Origin: an uncultured Acidobacteriota bacterium
GTDB taxonomy: Bacteria; Acidobacteriota; Vicinamibacteria; Vicinamibacterales; SCN-69-37
Reading direction: 5' to 3'
Assembly: GCA_963780895.1 (NCBI GenBank)
Contig: CAWAEG010000011.1
Span: forward strand, 37,024-101,023
Length of the DNA: 64,000 bases
Below are positions 49,732 to 59,983 of this stretch, one piece after another. Position 1 is the first letter of the stretch; each line of letters starts with the position of its first letter. A program made the position numbers and the translations under genes. The notes under the pieces were generated by a model. The model did not search any database, was not told the DNA's origin, and saw nothing but the letters and a program-made list of their open reading frames with translations.

Positions 49732-50778
49732 TCACGCTCCGGTGGCGGCTGTCATGAGCCGATCGATGACGCCGTCCCACGTAATCGTGCGCGCGCGATC
49801 GTATCCCGCTTCGCCCTGAGCCGCTGCGCGCGGGCGATCGCCGTGCAGCCGGCCGATCGCCTCCCCGATCGCCTTCGGATCGGGCGGACAGACCCAGCCG
49901 TTGACGCCGTCCACCACGAATTCGTTTGGCCCGCCGGAATCCACGGTGGTGACGACCGGTTTGTGGGCGAGAAACGCCTCGAGCGTGACGTAGCCGAAGT
50001 CCTCGTCATAGGGCGGATAAATCACCGCGAGCGCCCCTGCATAGAGCTCGATCACGTCGTCGTCGCTCACTTCGCCCAGAAAGCGCACGCGATCGGCGGC
50101 GCCGAGCGATGAGGCCAGCGTTTCGAGCGCCGCCTGCTGGGTGCCCGTGCCGACGACGATCAGCGTCACCTCGCGCGGCGCATGCGCCAGCGCGCGGACG
50201 GCGAGATCGACACGCTTCACCGATTCCAGGCGACCGACCGAGAGCACGTAGGCGCCGGCGTTTCCCGCGTGCAGGCGCGCGGCAAGCCTCGGCGGATGGT
50301 ACAGCGGCTCGGCGTCAAGCCCGTTGAAGCGCTTGACGCGCGCCGCCGTGTTCGCCGAGTTCGTGTAGAGCCGGCGGCACTCGCCGAGCATCGTGCGATC
50401 GAGCGCGATGATCCGGTCGCGCAACGCGACATCTTCCTCCGTGTGCGCGAAGTCGCTGAACGGTGTTCCCGCCAGCTCGTACGCGGCGCGATGCTGATGG
50501 ATCAGCCACGCCACCTTGCACCCGTGGCGGACGAAGTAGGTCGGGAACTTCGTGGCAATCACGAGGTCGATCACCCGGCCGTTGCTCTCGCTGAGATCCA
50601 GCATGCGCCAGGCGGCGGCATGCGTGAGGATTTCCGGCTTCGGATACCACTTGAAGGGGACGCTGACGAGCTCGGTGTCATGGCCGTGCACACGGAGCTG
50701 CCGGACCAGCTCGCGCACATGCGCCTCGGCGCCCCCCTGCACGAACGGCACCTGCGCTTCGCAGACGAGCACTGTCAT
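49732..50778 (-). CDS. GT4 glycosyltransferase
   Basis: GGAE, GRLESVKR and EDFGYVTLEA. Confidence 0.9.
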   Translation of the reverse strand: MTVLVCEAQVPFVQGGAEAHVRELVRQLRVHGHDTELVSVPFKWYPKPEILTHAAAWRMLDLSESNGRVIDLVIATKFPTYFVRHGCKVAWLIHQHRAAYELAGTPFSDFAHTEEDVALRDRIIALDRTMLGECRRLYTNSANTAARVKRFNGLDAEPLYHPPRLAARLHAGNAGAYVLSVGRLESVKRVDLAVRALAHAPREVTLIVVGTGTQQAALETLASSLGAADRVRFLGEVSDDDVIELYAGALAVIYPPYDEDFGYVTLEAFLAHKPVVTTVDSGGPNEFVVDGVNGWVCPPDPKAIGEAIGRLHGDRPRAAAQGEAGYDRARTITWDGVIDRLMTAATGA

Positions 50779-50914
50779 GGGGTCAGGTCTTGTCTGGCGA
50801 CATTCGACGCTTGCTGCCGGTCGAATCTTACAGAAGTCGTCACCGGATGAGGTTCAGTTTCGTCACGACGCCGCGGCGTCGAGCGCCGAATGTCGCCAGA
50901 CAAGACCTGACCCC
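50779..50914. repeat. GGGGTCAGGTCTTG-type REP doublet (REPIN-like), copy B
   Basis: Perfect 28-bp IR at 50779-50806 and 50887-50914, filling the intergenic gap. Confidence 0.88.
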
Positions 50915-50915
50915 T

Positions 50916-51995
50916 TCACGTGGCGTGGCGGAACGTGACCACGTCGCCGTCGGCGACCGGATACTCCTTGCCCTCGAGCCGGAGCTCGCCGTGCTCGCGG
51001 CACGCCGCGAGCGATCCGCGCGCGAGCAGATGGTCGCACCGGACGACTTCGGCGCGGATGAACCCGCGCTGGATGTCGGAGTGGATCGCGCCTGCGGCTT
51101 CCTCGGCCCGCGTGTCGCGCGGGATCGACCACGCGCGGCATTCGTCCTCGCCGACCGTGAAAAAGGAGATGTAGCCGAGCAAATCGTACGCGGCGCGAAT
51201 CACCCGATCGAGGCCCGAGTGGACGAGGCCGAGATCGGCCATGAACGCGCGGGCATCGCCCGGATCGAGCTGCGCGATCTCGAGCTCGATCTTCGCGCAG
51301 ACGCCGACGATGCCGGCGCCCGTCGCCGCCTGGAATTCCAGTAACCCGGGCATCCGCGCCGCGTGTTCGGCGTCGGCGGCCTCGCGTTCGTCCACGTTCA
51401 CCACGAGCAGCAACGGCTTGCCCGAGAGCAGCTGAAATCCGCGGAGCCGGCGCGTGTCGTCCGCCGAGAGCGCCATCGTGCGCACCGCGCGTCCGGCGTC
51501 GATCGTCTCGCGCGCGCGAAGCAGCACCTCCTGCTCCTTCTTCAGATCCGGCGAGGGATTCTTCTTCAGATCTTTTTCGAGCCGCTCGAGGCGACGCTCG
51601 ACCACGCCGAGATCCGCGAGGATGAGCTCGTCTTCGATGACGCGCGCGTCACGCGCGAGATCGATCGACTGCAGCGGATGCGGCACGGTGTCGTCACGAA
51701 ACGCGCGCACCATGTGCAGCAGCGCGTCCGCGTTGCGATACGCCGCCAGGTCGTAGAGGGCCTTGGAATCGCCCCGCGCCGCGCCGACGTCCGCGAACTC
51801 CACTGTCGCCGGCACCCGTTTCTTCGGCTGAAACAGCGCGGTCAGCTGGTCCAGGCGCTCGTCGGGAACCTTCGTCACGCCGACGTGAGCCTCGGCCTTG
51901 CCCGGGGCCTTCGGGGCGGCGTGGACGCTCGTGAGGAGCTGGAAGAGACTGGTCTTCCCCGACGAGGGAAGACCTACGAGGCCGGCACGCAACAT
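50916..51995 (-). CDS. ychF: Redox-regulated Obg-family ATPase YchF
   Basis: GLPSSGKT, VPDERL, SFFTVG, IHSDIQRGFIRAEV and RLEGKEY. Confidence 0.93.
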   Translation of the reverse strand: MLRAGLVGLPSSGKTSLFQLLTSVHAAPKAPGKAEAHVGVTKVPDERLDQLTALFQPKKRVPATVEFADVGAARGDSKALYDLAAYRNADALLHMVRAFRDDTVPHPLQSIDLARDARVIEDELILADLGVVERRLERLEKDLKKNPSPDLKKEQEVLLRARETIDAGRAVRTMALSADDTRRLRGFQLLSGKPLLLVVNVDEREAADAEHAARMPGLLEFQAATGAGIVGVCAKIELEIAQLDPGDARAFMADLGLVHSGLDRVIRAAYDLLGYISFFTVGEDECRAWSIPRDTRAEEAAGAIHSDIQRGFIRAEVVRCDHLLARGSLAACREHGELRLEGKEYPVADGDVVTFRHAT

Positions 51996-52100
51996 GTCCG
52001 GGCGCGGATGGTACCACGCCACCCATGTTTCGCTCTATTTTCGCAGAGAGAAAAAGCGGCGAAACAAAGACGTAAGTCGTGGTTTTTCTGTACTTTGCAA

Positions 52101-52165
52101 TTGACAGGTCCTGGGTGTACCTCTACCATTCGTGGACCTGGTTGGAGTCAGGTGGAGCAAAGTGC
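52101..52165 (+). promoter_or_regulatory. sigma70 dcw promoter (TTGACA-N17-TACCAT) followed by MraZ boxes
   Basis: -35 at 52101-52106 and -10 at 52124-52129. GTGG, TTGG, GTGG and GTGC at 52132, 52142, 52152 and 52162. Confidence 0.85.
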
Positions 52166-52605
52166 TTCGGGGCAGCTATTCCGCGAAAATCGACGAAAAG
52201 GGCCGGCTAAAAATCCCCAACGCCTTCAAGGCGACCGTGGAAGAGCGGCATGGTACCACCGGGCTGTACGTGACCAGCATAACGGGTGATTTCGTGCGGA
52301 TCTACCCCATGCCAGTGTGGATGGCCGTCGAGCAGCGGCTGGCCCGTATGCCGAGTACGCATCCTGCCCGCCTGAAGTTTCTCGACCGGGTCAATTTCTA
52401 CGGCCAAGTCAGCGAATTCGACGTGCAGGGCCGGGTGCTGATTCCGGTCCGATTGCGCGAGGCGGCTGCCATGAATGGCGACGTCGATGTCCTCGGGCAG
52501 GTGGAATACATGGACGTCTGGAATCACGAGCGGTTCGCCTCGAAGCTCCAGCGGGAGCCGTTCAACGATGACGACGCCCGGGCGCTGGCGGAGTTTGGGA
52601 TCTGA
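52162..52605 (+). CDS. mraZ: Transcriptional regulator MraZ
   Basis: IDEKGRLKIP and FDVQGRVLIP repeats. GTG 52162 follows GGAG. Confidence 0.95.
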   Translation: MLRGSYSAKIDEKGRLKIPNAFKATVEERHGTTGLYVTSITGDFVRIYPMPVWMAVEQRLARMPSTHPARLKFLDRVNFYGQVSEFDVQGRVLIPVRLREAAAMNGDVDVLGQVEYMDVWNHERFASKLQREPFNDDDARALAEFGI

Positions 52606-53482
52606 CGCCGGGCATGCACCGGTTCTCGCGGCTGAGGTCGTGTCGATGCTCGCGCCGCGGGCGGATGGGGTTTACGTCGATTGCACGGTCGGGCTGGGCG
52701 GCCACACCACCGCACTTCTCGAGGCAGGAGCAGGACGCGTGATTGGCATCGATCGAGACGCGGGCGCCCTGGATCGGTCGCGTGAGCGGCTGGCGGGTGT
52801 TCCTGCGGTCGAGCTCGTTCATGCCGACTATCGCGAGATTGCCGAGGTGCTGGCCTCGCGCGGCCTCTCCGAGGTTGACGGCATCGTGGCCGATCTCGGC
52901 GTGTCGTCCTGGCAGCTCGACGATCCCGAGCGCGGGTTCAGCTTTCGGCAGGCCGGGCCGCTCGATATGCGGATGGATCGATCGAAGGGCCGGACGCTGG
53001 GCGAATGGCTGGCGACCATCGGCGAAGCCGAGCTCGCCGGCGTGATTCGCGAGTTTGGCGAGGAACGGCACGCGCGGCGCGTCGCGGCCGCGATCGTTCG
53101 CGCCCGGGACGCGGGCCGTCTCCAGACCACCGGCGACCTCGCATCGGTCGTCCGGCGCGCGGCGGGCGGCGGACGCTGGCAGCGGATTGATCCGGCGACC
53201 CGGACATTTCAGGCGCTTCGGATCGCGGTCAACGACGAACTCGCCGGGCTCGACGCCTTCCTCGAACGGGCGGCCGGGTCCCTCAAACGGGGAGGCCGGC
53301 TCGCCGTGATTGCGTTCCATTCGCTCGAGGATCGCGTCGTCAAGTGGACGTTCCGGCGGCTCGCCGCGGCCGGCGCCGTCGAGGTGATCACACGACGTCC
53401 CGTCACGCCTTCGGCTGAAGAAACGTCGGCCAACCCGCGTGCCCGCAGTGCCCGGCTTCGAATCGTGGAGAAGGCGGCATGA
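52595..53482 (+). CDS. rsmH: 16S rRNA m4C1402 methyltransferase
   Basis: HAPVL, DCTVGLGGH, DLGVSS, PLDMRMD, FHSLEDR and NPRARSA. Likely TTG start at 52595. Confidence 0.95.
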   Translation: MGSDAGHAPVLAAEVVSMLAPRADGVYVDCTVGLGGHTTALLEAGAGRVIGIDRDAGALDRSRERLAGVPAVELVHADYREIAEVLASRGLSEVDGIVADLGVSSWQLDDPERGFSFRQAGPLDMRMDRSKGRTLGEWLATIGEAELAGVIREFGEERHARRVAAAIVRARDAGRLQTTGDLASVVRRAAGGGRWQRIDPATRTFQALRIAVNDELAGLDAFLERAAGSLKRGGRLAVIAFHSLEDRVVKWTFRRLAAAGAVEVITRRPVTPSAEETSANPRARSARLRIVEKAA

Positions 53483-53868
53483 ACATCGATCTCGAATACG
53501 CCATCAAGAAAGACATCCAGAACAATCCGGTCGTCCGCGAAATCGACCTCCAGCAGAAACGTGAATTCAACCGGATGGTCTGGTCGGCCGCGGTCATTGT
53601 CGGCATGCTGCTGTTCTCCGCCTGGCAGCACTTCGAGATCGTGAACAACGGCTATCAGGTCGAGAAGCTTCGCCTCGAGAAGGCGGCGGAGGAGTCGCTC
53701 AATCGCAAGCTCCGGCTGGAGCTCGAAACGCTGCGACGCCCGCAGCAGATCGAGTCCTACGCCATCAAAACGCTGCGCATGTCGCCGCCGTCTTCGGCCG
53801 ACACCATCGTCATCGAGCGGACGACCGCGTCCGCTCCGGCCCGTTCGATCGTCGCGGCACACCGGTGA
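53479..53868 (+). CDS. ftsL: Cell division protein FtsL
   Basis: Single TM helix plus coiled coil, between rsmH and ftsI. Confidence 0.85.
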   Translation: MNIDLEYAIKKDIQNNPVVREIDLQQKREFNRMVWSAAVIVGMLLFSAWQHFEIVNNGYQVEKLRLEKAAEESLNRKLRLELETLRRPQQIESYAIKTLRMSPPSSADTIVIERTTASAPARSIVAAHR

Positions 53869-55959
53869 ACGTCCTCACCCGCCTCCTCCACCCACGCCGG
53901 CAGGCTCTCGATCCGCTCCGGACCGACGATCGGCCGGATCAGGCCTTCGAATCGGGCTGGCGTCCGAACCTCAAGCGCCGGATGCTCGTCGTGCTCGCGA
54001 TCTGCGGCTGCTGGACGACGGCGATTTCCGCGCGCCTCGTGCAGCTCCAGGTCTTCCAGCACGATCACTACGTCGACCTCGCCGAACGGCAGCAACTGCG
54101 TGAGCTGAGGCCGGCTCCCAAGCGCGGGGACATCGTCGATCGTCACGGACGTCTCCTGGCGTATTCGGTGGACGCCGAAGCGGTTGGCATCGATCCGTCG
54201 GAGGTCAAGGATCCCGCGAAGACGATGGACGCCGTGTGCGCGGCGCTCGGCGACTGCACCGCCCGGGAGAAGGCCGAGTTCGTGGCCAGACTCGCGAAGA
54301 GCGATCAGCGTTTCCTGTACGTGCGGAAGGCTCGCGAGGTCTCCCCAAACCAGTCGGCCCAGCTGGCCCGTCTGAATCTTCCAGGAGTGGTGTTGCTGGA
54401 GGACACGCGCCGGTATTACCCGAATCTCGAACTGGCTGCGCACGTCCTGGGGTTCGTCGGCGACGAGAACACCGGACTGGGCGGCATCGAGTCGTCGTAC
54501 GACCCGAAGATTCGCGGCCGGAGCGGCCGTGTGTTGATTCAGAAAGACGCCCGCCGCCACCGCCTGCAGACCAGGGTCGAGGAAGAGCCGACGGCGGGCG
54601 CGACGCTCGAGCTCACGCTCGACCTGTACCTACAGCACATCGCCGAGCGCGAGCTCCGCGCGGGCGTGTTGGAGAACCGGGCGCTCGGCGGCACCGCGAT
54701 CGTCATGGACCCGCACACCGGCGGGATCATCGCGCTCGCCAACTATCCGACGTTCAATCCGAACGCGTTTGGCCGGTACACGCCGGACCAGCGCCGCAAC
54801 CGCGCCGTCCAGGATCTCTACGAGCCCGGATCCACCTTCAAGATCGTCACGGCCTCCGCCGCGATTGAAGAGGGGGTCGTCTCGCCGACCGACAGCATCG
54901 ACTGCAGCCCCGGGTTCATCAAGTTCGAGGGGCGGAAGCCGATCAACGACGTGCACCGGTACGGCGTGCTCTCGTTCGAAGACGTGATCGTCAAGTCGAG
55001 CAACGTCGGGGCGATCCGGGTCGGCCTGCGGGTCGGAGCCGAGCGGATGGGGCGGTACGTGCGCCGGTATGGATTCGGCGAGGCGCTCGGCACGGACTTC
55101 GGGGGCGAAAACGGCGGGATCGTCTACAAGCCGTCTGAGCTCGACGACAGCGGGCTCGCGTCGATGTCGATGGGCTATCAGATAGCGGTGACGCCGATGC
55201 AGATGGCGGCCGCCACGAGCGCGGTAGCCAACGGCGGCCTGCTCTTCGAGCCGCACGTCGTCCGCGCGCAGATTCGGGACGGCAAGCGGGCGCCGATCGC
55301 GCGAAAGACGCCGCGGCGCGTCATCACGCCGCAGACGGCGGCGATTCTGACGAGCATCATGGAGGGCGTCGTCGATCGCGGAACGGCCAAATCCGCGAAG
55401 CTCGATCGGTATCAGGTCGCCGGCAAAACGGGCACGGCGCAGAAGATCATCAACGGCCAGTACTCCCATACGGATTTCAACGCCTCGTTCGTCGGGTTCG
55501 TGCCTTCGCGGCGACCGGTCTACACGATCATCGTCGTCATCGACACGCCGCGCGCCGGCACGTTTTACGGCGGCAGCGTCGCCGCACCCATCTTCAAGAA
55601 GATCGCGGACGCCGCTTTGCAGCAGGGCGGCGTGGCCCCGTCAATCAACCCGATACCGCCGGTGGTCGTCGCGGAGCACGACACCGTGCCGGCCGCCCGT
55701 GTCACCCGCGCTCGTCCTGCAGACGGTGACCGACCTGACCGGCCAGCCGCTGACGCTGATGCCGGACGTCCGCGGACTGGCCGCGCGTGATGCGCTTCGC
55801 GTGCTGAGCGGCGTCGGCCTGACCGTTCGCATGACCGGATCGGGCGTGGTGGCGTCCCAGTCTCCGCTTCCCGGCCAGCCGGTCGAAGGCGGCGGGTGGG
55901 GCGTCCTCCAACTGCAACGGGTGTTCACCGCACCGCGTCCGCCGGGCGGTGACCGATGA
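53865..55959 (+). CDS. ftsI: Class B PBP FtsI with C-terminal PASTA domain; +1 frameshift near 55697-55710
   Basis: RGDIVDR, EPGSTFK, SSN and KTGT. The PASTA segment (MPDVRGL...SQSP) is in ORF 55699-55959. Confidence 0.92.
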
Positions 55960-57488
55960 CGCTCGGCGCGCTCATTGCGGCTGCGCGGACGCTCGCGCCG
56001 GATGCGCGCGCCCGAGTTGAGCAGTCCGGCCGCCAGACGGCCGCCGTCGCCACCGTCGCGCACGATTCACGGGCGGTCTCTCCCGGGTCGGTCTTCGTCG
56101 CCATCCGCGGACAGCGCGCGGACGGCGCGAAGTTCGCGGCCGATGCGGTCAAACGCGGCGCCGTCGCCATCGTCGCCGAAAGCGCCGCGCCGGCCGGCTT
56201 CCCGGTGCCGTGGATCAAGACGACGGACGCGCGCCTCGCGCTCGCGGAGCTGGCTGCCATCTTCTACGGCCGGCCGAGCGACTCCCTCACGGTCGTCGGC
56301 GTCACCGGCACGAACGGCAAAACCACGACCACCTACCTGCTGGCGTCGGTCTTCGACGCGGCCGGGATGCCGTGCGGGCGGATTGGCACCGTGACGTTCC
56401 GCATCGGATCGGGCGCGGGCGACGAGCGCGATGCCTCGCACACGACGCCGGAAGCATCCGAAATCCAGCGTCTCCTCCGGGAGATGGTCGATCGCGGCAG
56501 CAAGGCGTGCGCGATGGAAGTCTCGTCGCACGCGCTCGTGCTGCACCGCGTGGCCAACATGCGGTTCGCCGCCGCGATTTTCACGAACCTGACCCGCGAC
56601 CATCTCGATTTTCACGGCGACATGGCCCAGTACTTCGCCGCCAAGCGGCGGCTCTTCGAGATGCTGCCGGCCGGCGCGCCGGCGATCGTGAACGTGGACG
56701 ATCCCAAGGGCGCGGAGCTGGCCGCCTCGCTCCCGCGCGTGACGACCTTCGCGATCGATCGGCCGGCAGACGTTCGGGCGACCCACCTGCACTCGTCGCT
56801 CGAAGGCCTGGCTTTTACCGTCGAGACCCCGCGCGGGACGATCGACATGCGATCCCCGCTGGTCGGCCGTCCGAACGTCTACAACATCCTCGGCGTCGTC
56901 GCGGCCGCAAGCGCGCTCGACCTTCCAGCCCCCGCGATCGAAGAGGGCATCGCGCGGCTCGAGCGCGTGCCCGGGCGGTTCCAGATCGTGTCGGCCTCGA
57001 CCGACGACGTCCGCGTGGTCGTCGACTACGCGCACACCGATGACGCGCTCAAGAACCTGCTCGAGACGGCGCGACCGCTCAGCCCCGGCCGGCTCATCAC
57101 CGTGTTCGGATGCGGCGGCGACCGCGATCGCACCAAGCGGCCGCTGATGGGTGCCGTCGCGGGCCGGTTGAGCGACTTCGTCGTGCTGACCTCCGATAAC
57201 CCGCGCTCGGAGGATCCAGATCGGATCATCGAGGAAATCAAGCTCGGGCTCGCCCCGGCGCCGGAGCCGGGCGCGCCGAAGCGTCACACGACGCCGTTCG
57301 CGACCAGCCCCGATCGACGCCTGGCGATCGAGCAGGCGATCCGCTCGGCCAAACCGGGTGACCTCGTCATCATTGCCGGCAAGGGACACGAGAAATACCA
57401 GGTCATCGGCGATCGCACATTGCCGTTCGATGACGTCGAGGCCGCGCGCGCGGCGCTGGGCCAGCGCCGCGCGGCGTCGAAGGTGTGA
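55956..57488 (+). CDS. murE: UDP-MurNAc-tripeptide synthetase (mDAP-type)
   Basis: TGTNGKTT, MEVSSH, DYAHT, DNPR and AGKGHE. Confidence 0.96.
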   Translation: MTLGALIAAARTLAPDARARVEQSGRQTAAVATVAHDSRAVSPGSVFVAIRGQRADGAKFAADAVKRGAVAIVAESAAPAGFPVPWIKTTDARLALAELAAIFYGRPSDSLTVVGVTGTNGKTTTTYLLASVFDAAGMPCGRIGTVTFRIGSGAGDERDASHTTPEASEIQRLLREMVDRGSKACAMEVSSHALVLHRVANMRFAAAIFTNLTRDHLDFHGDMAQYFAAKRRLFEMLPAGAPAIVNVDDPKGAELAASLPRVTTFAIDRPADVRATHLHSSLEGLAFTVETPRGTIDMRSPLVGRPNVYNILGVVAAASALDLPAPAIEEGIARLERVPGRFQIVSASTDDVRVVVDYAHTDDALKNLLETARPLSPGRLITVFGCGGDRDRTKRPLMGAVAGRLSDFVVLTSDNPRSEDPDRIIEEIKLGLAPAPEPGAPKRHTTPFATSPDRRLAIEQAIRSAKPGDLVIIAGKGHEKYQVIGDRTLPFDDVEAARAALGQRRAASKV

Positions 57489-58888
57489 CGACCGCCGTGG
57501 GAGCGCTCGCGCTGACCGCGGACTTCGTGGCCCACGCCACCGGGGGCCGGCTCATCTCCGGCAATCCGCGAACCGTCTTCGAGAACGTCTCGACCGATAC
57601 GCGATCGCTCGGTGCGGGCGCGCTGTTCATCGCGCTCCGTGGCGAGCGGTTCGACGGCCACGCGTTCGTTCCCGAGGCGGTTGGGAAAGGTGCGGGCGGA
57701 CTGCTGGTTTCGGACGCGGTGCCTGCTCCCGGACCGGCGGCCGTCATCCAGGTTCCCGACACGCTGCTCGGACTTCAGAAACTGGCTCGCGAGGTGCGGC
57801 GCCGTTCGGTCGCCCGGGTCGTCGCCATCACGGGCAGCGCGGGCAAGACGACCACGAAAGAGATCACGGCCGAGCTGCTTGGCGCGCGGTATCGCGTGTT
57901 CCGGAACCGCGGCAACCTCAACAATCACATCGGCCTGCCGCTCTCGCTGCTCGAGCTTCGCCACGACGTGGACGTCGCCGTCGTCGAGCTCGGCATGAAC
58001 CACGCCGGCGAAATCCGAACGCTCGTTCAGATCGCCGAGCCCGACATCCGCATGTGGACGAACGTCGGCGACGCGCACATCGGCTTCTTCGGTACGCGCG
58101 AGGCGCTTGCCGACGCCAAGGCCGAGATCCTGGAACACCCGACGCCGGGCACCGTCGTGGTGGCGAATGCCGATGACGATCTCGTCATGGCGCACGTGAA
58201 CCGCTTCGCGGGCCGTCGGATCACGTTCGGCGAGAGCCGCGAGGCCACGGTGCGCGCGTCGAACATCGTGGACCACGGACTCGAGGGTTCGAGCGCGGAC
58301 GTGGAGACGCCGGCGGGCCGGCTGCGTCTGACGGCGCGGCTCCCGGGCCGCGCGCAGATGCTGAACGTCCTCGCCGGCGTGGCGGTCGCGATGGAGCTTG
58401 GCGTCGGGGTCAACGCCATCCAGACCCGCGTCGAGTCGTTCCGGCCGCTGACCCGTCGCGGGTCGATGCGGACGTCGCCGGCCGGCGCGCGCGTCGTAGA
58501 TGACTCCTACAACGCGAGTCCTGCCGCCATGCGCGCGATGCTCGCGGCGCTCGCGGCCACGCCCACCTCGGGGCGCCGCATTGCGGTGCTGGGCGAGATG
58601 CTCGAGCTTGGCGCGTCCGCCCGTGCGCTCCACGCCGATTGCGGTCGCGCGGCGGCATCGGCTCATGTGGACGAGCTGGTCGTGGTCGGCGGACCCGCTG
58701 CGGACGGGCTGGCGGAAGGCGCCGAGGCTGCTGGCGTGCCGCGCGCGCACATCCACCGGTTCGCCGACAGCGCCGCCGCGGCGTCGTTTGTCGCGCCGCT
58801 CGTCGGAGCCGACGACCTCGTGCTCGTGAAAGGATCCCGCGGGACCCGGACCGACGTGATCGTGGACCGGTTGATGGAGGCGGCCTGA
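57485..58888 (+). CDS. murF: UDP-MurNAc-pentapeptide synthetase
   Basis: TGSAGKTTTK, NNHIGLP, ELGMNH, DSYNA and KGSRG. Confidence 0.96.
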   Translation: MTTAVGALALTADFVAHATGGRLISGNPRTVFENVSTDTRSLGAGALFIALRGERFDGHAFVPEAVGKGAGGLLVSDAVPAPGPAAVIQVPDTLLGLQKLAREVRRRSVARVVAITGSAGKTTTKEITAELLGARYRVFRNRGNLNNHIGLPLSLLELRHDVDVAVVELGMNHAGEIRTLVQIAEPDIRMWTNVGDAHIGFFGTREALADAKAEILEHPTPGTVVVANADDDLVMAHVNRFAGRRITFGESREATVRASNIVDHGLEGSSADVETPAGRLRLTARLPGRAQMLNVLAGVAVAMELGVGVNAIQTRVESFRPLTRRGSMRTSPAGARVVDDSYNASPAAMRAMLAALAATPTSGRRIAVLGEMLELGASARALHADCGRAAASAHVDELVVVGGPAADGLAEGAEAAGVPRAHIHRFADSAAAASFVAPLVGADDLVLVKGSRGTRTDVIVDRLMEAA

Positions 58889-59979
58889 TGCTCTTCCATC
58901 TGCTCGCGCCGCTCGAAACGCAAATCTCGGTGATGCGCGTGTTCGGGTACATCACCTTCCGCACCGCAGCGGCCAGCCTCACGGCGCTGGCGCTCAGTCT
59001 CCTGCTCGGCCCCTGGCTCATCCGCCGGCTGCGCGAATTCCAGATCGGTCAGGTCATCCGCACGGAAGGCCCCGCGAGCCACAAGCCCAAGGCCGGGACG
59101 CCGACGATGGGCGGGCTGCTGATTCTGGCGGCGGTGTTCGTGCCGACGTTGCTCTGGGCGGACCTGCGGAATCCCTACATCTGGATCGCGGTATCGGCGA
59201 CGGCGGCGTTCGGCGCGATCGGCTTCGTCGACGACTACCTGAAGGTCACGCGGAACTCGCATCACGGGCTCTTCGCGCGTTACAAGTTCGGCGCGCAGAT
59301 GGTCGTGGGCATCGGCGTCGGCCTCGCGTTGTTGTACCTCGCCGGCCTCAATCCGCCTCCTTACAACACGCGCCTCATCTTCCCGTTCTTCAAGGGGATC
59401 ATCCCCGACCTCGGCGGCTGGTACGTCCTGTTCGCGATGTTCGTCCTGCTGAGCACCTCGAACACCGTAAATCTGACCGACGGGCTCGATGGGCTCGCGA
59501 TCAGCACGTTCGCCGTGGCCGCCGCGACGTTCACCGCACTCACGTATGTGACCGGCCACCGAGTGTTCGCGGAGTACCTGAGTCTCGTCCATTTCGAGCC
59601 CACGTCGGAGCTCACCATCTTCTGCGGCGCGCTCGTCGGCGCGAGTCTCGGATTCCTTTGGTGGAACGCGCACCCGGCCGACATCTTCATGGGTGACGTC
59701 GGGTCACTGGCACTCGGCGGCGCGCTCGGCACCGTCGCCATCCTGATCAAGCAGGAGCTGCTGCTGCCGATCGTCGGCGGCGTCTTCGTGCTCGAAGGCC
59801 TGTCCGTGATCATCCAGGTCGCGTCATTCAAGCTCACGGGCAAGCGCGTGTTCCGGATGTCGCCGCTCCATCATCACTTCGAGATCATCGGCTGGGCGGA
59901 ACCGAAGATCATCACCCGGTTCCTGATCCTTGCGATCATCTTCGCCCTGCTCAGCCTCACCACGTTGAAGCTCAGGTGA
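58888..59979 (+). CDS. mraY: Phospho-MurNAc-pentapeptide translocase
   Basis: GTPTMGG, DDY, NLTDGLDGL, FMGDVGS and PLHHHFE. Confidence 0.96.
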   Translation: MLFHLLAPLETQISVMRVFGYITFRTAAASLTALALSLLLGPWLIRRLREFQIGQVIRTEGPASHKPKAGTPTMGGLLILAAVFVPTLLWADLRNPYIWIAVSATAAFGAIGFVDDYLKVTRNSHHGLFARYKFGAQMVVGIGVGLALLYLAGLNPPPYNTRLIFPFFKGIIPDLGGWYVLFAMFVLLSTSNTVNLTDGLDGLAISTFAVAAATFTALTYVTGHRVFAEYLSLVHFEPTSELTIFCGALVGASLGFLWWNAHPADIFMGDVGSLALGGALGTVAILIKQELLLPIVGGVFVLEGLSVIIQVASFKLTGKRVFRMSPLHHHFEIIGWAEPKIITRFLILAIIFALLSLTTLKLR

Positions 59980-59983
59980 CGCC

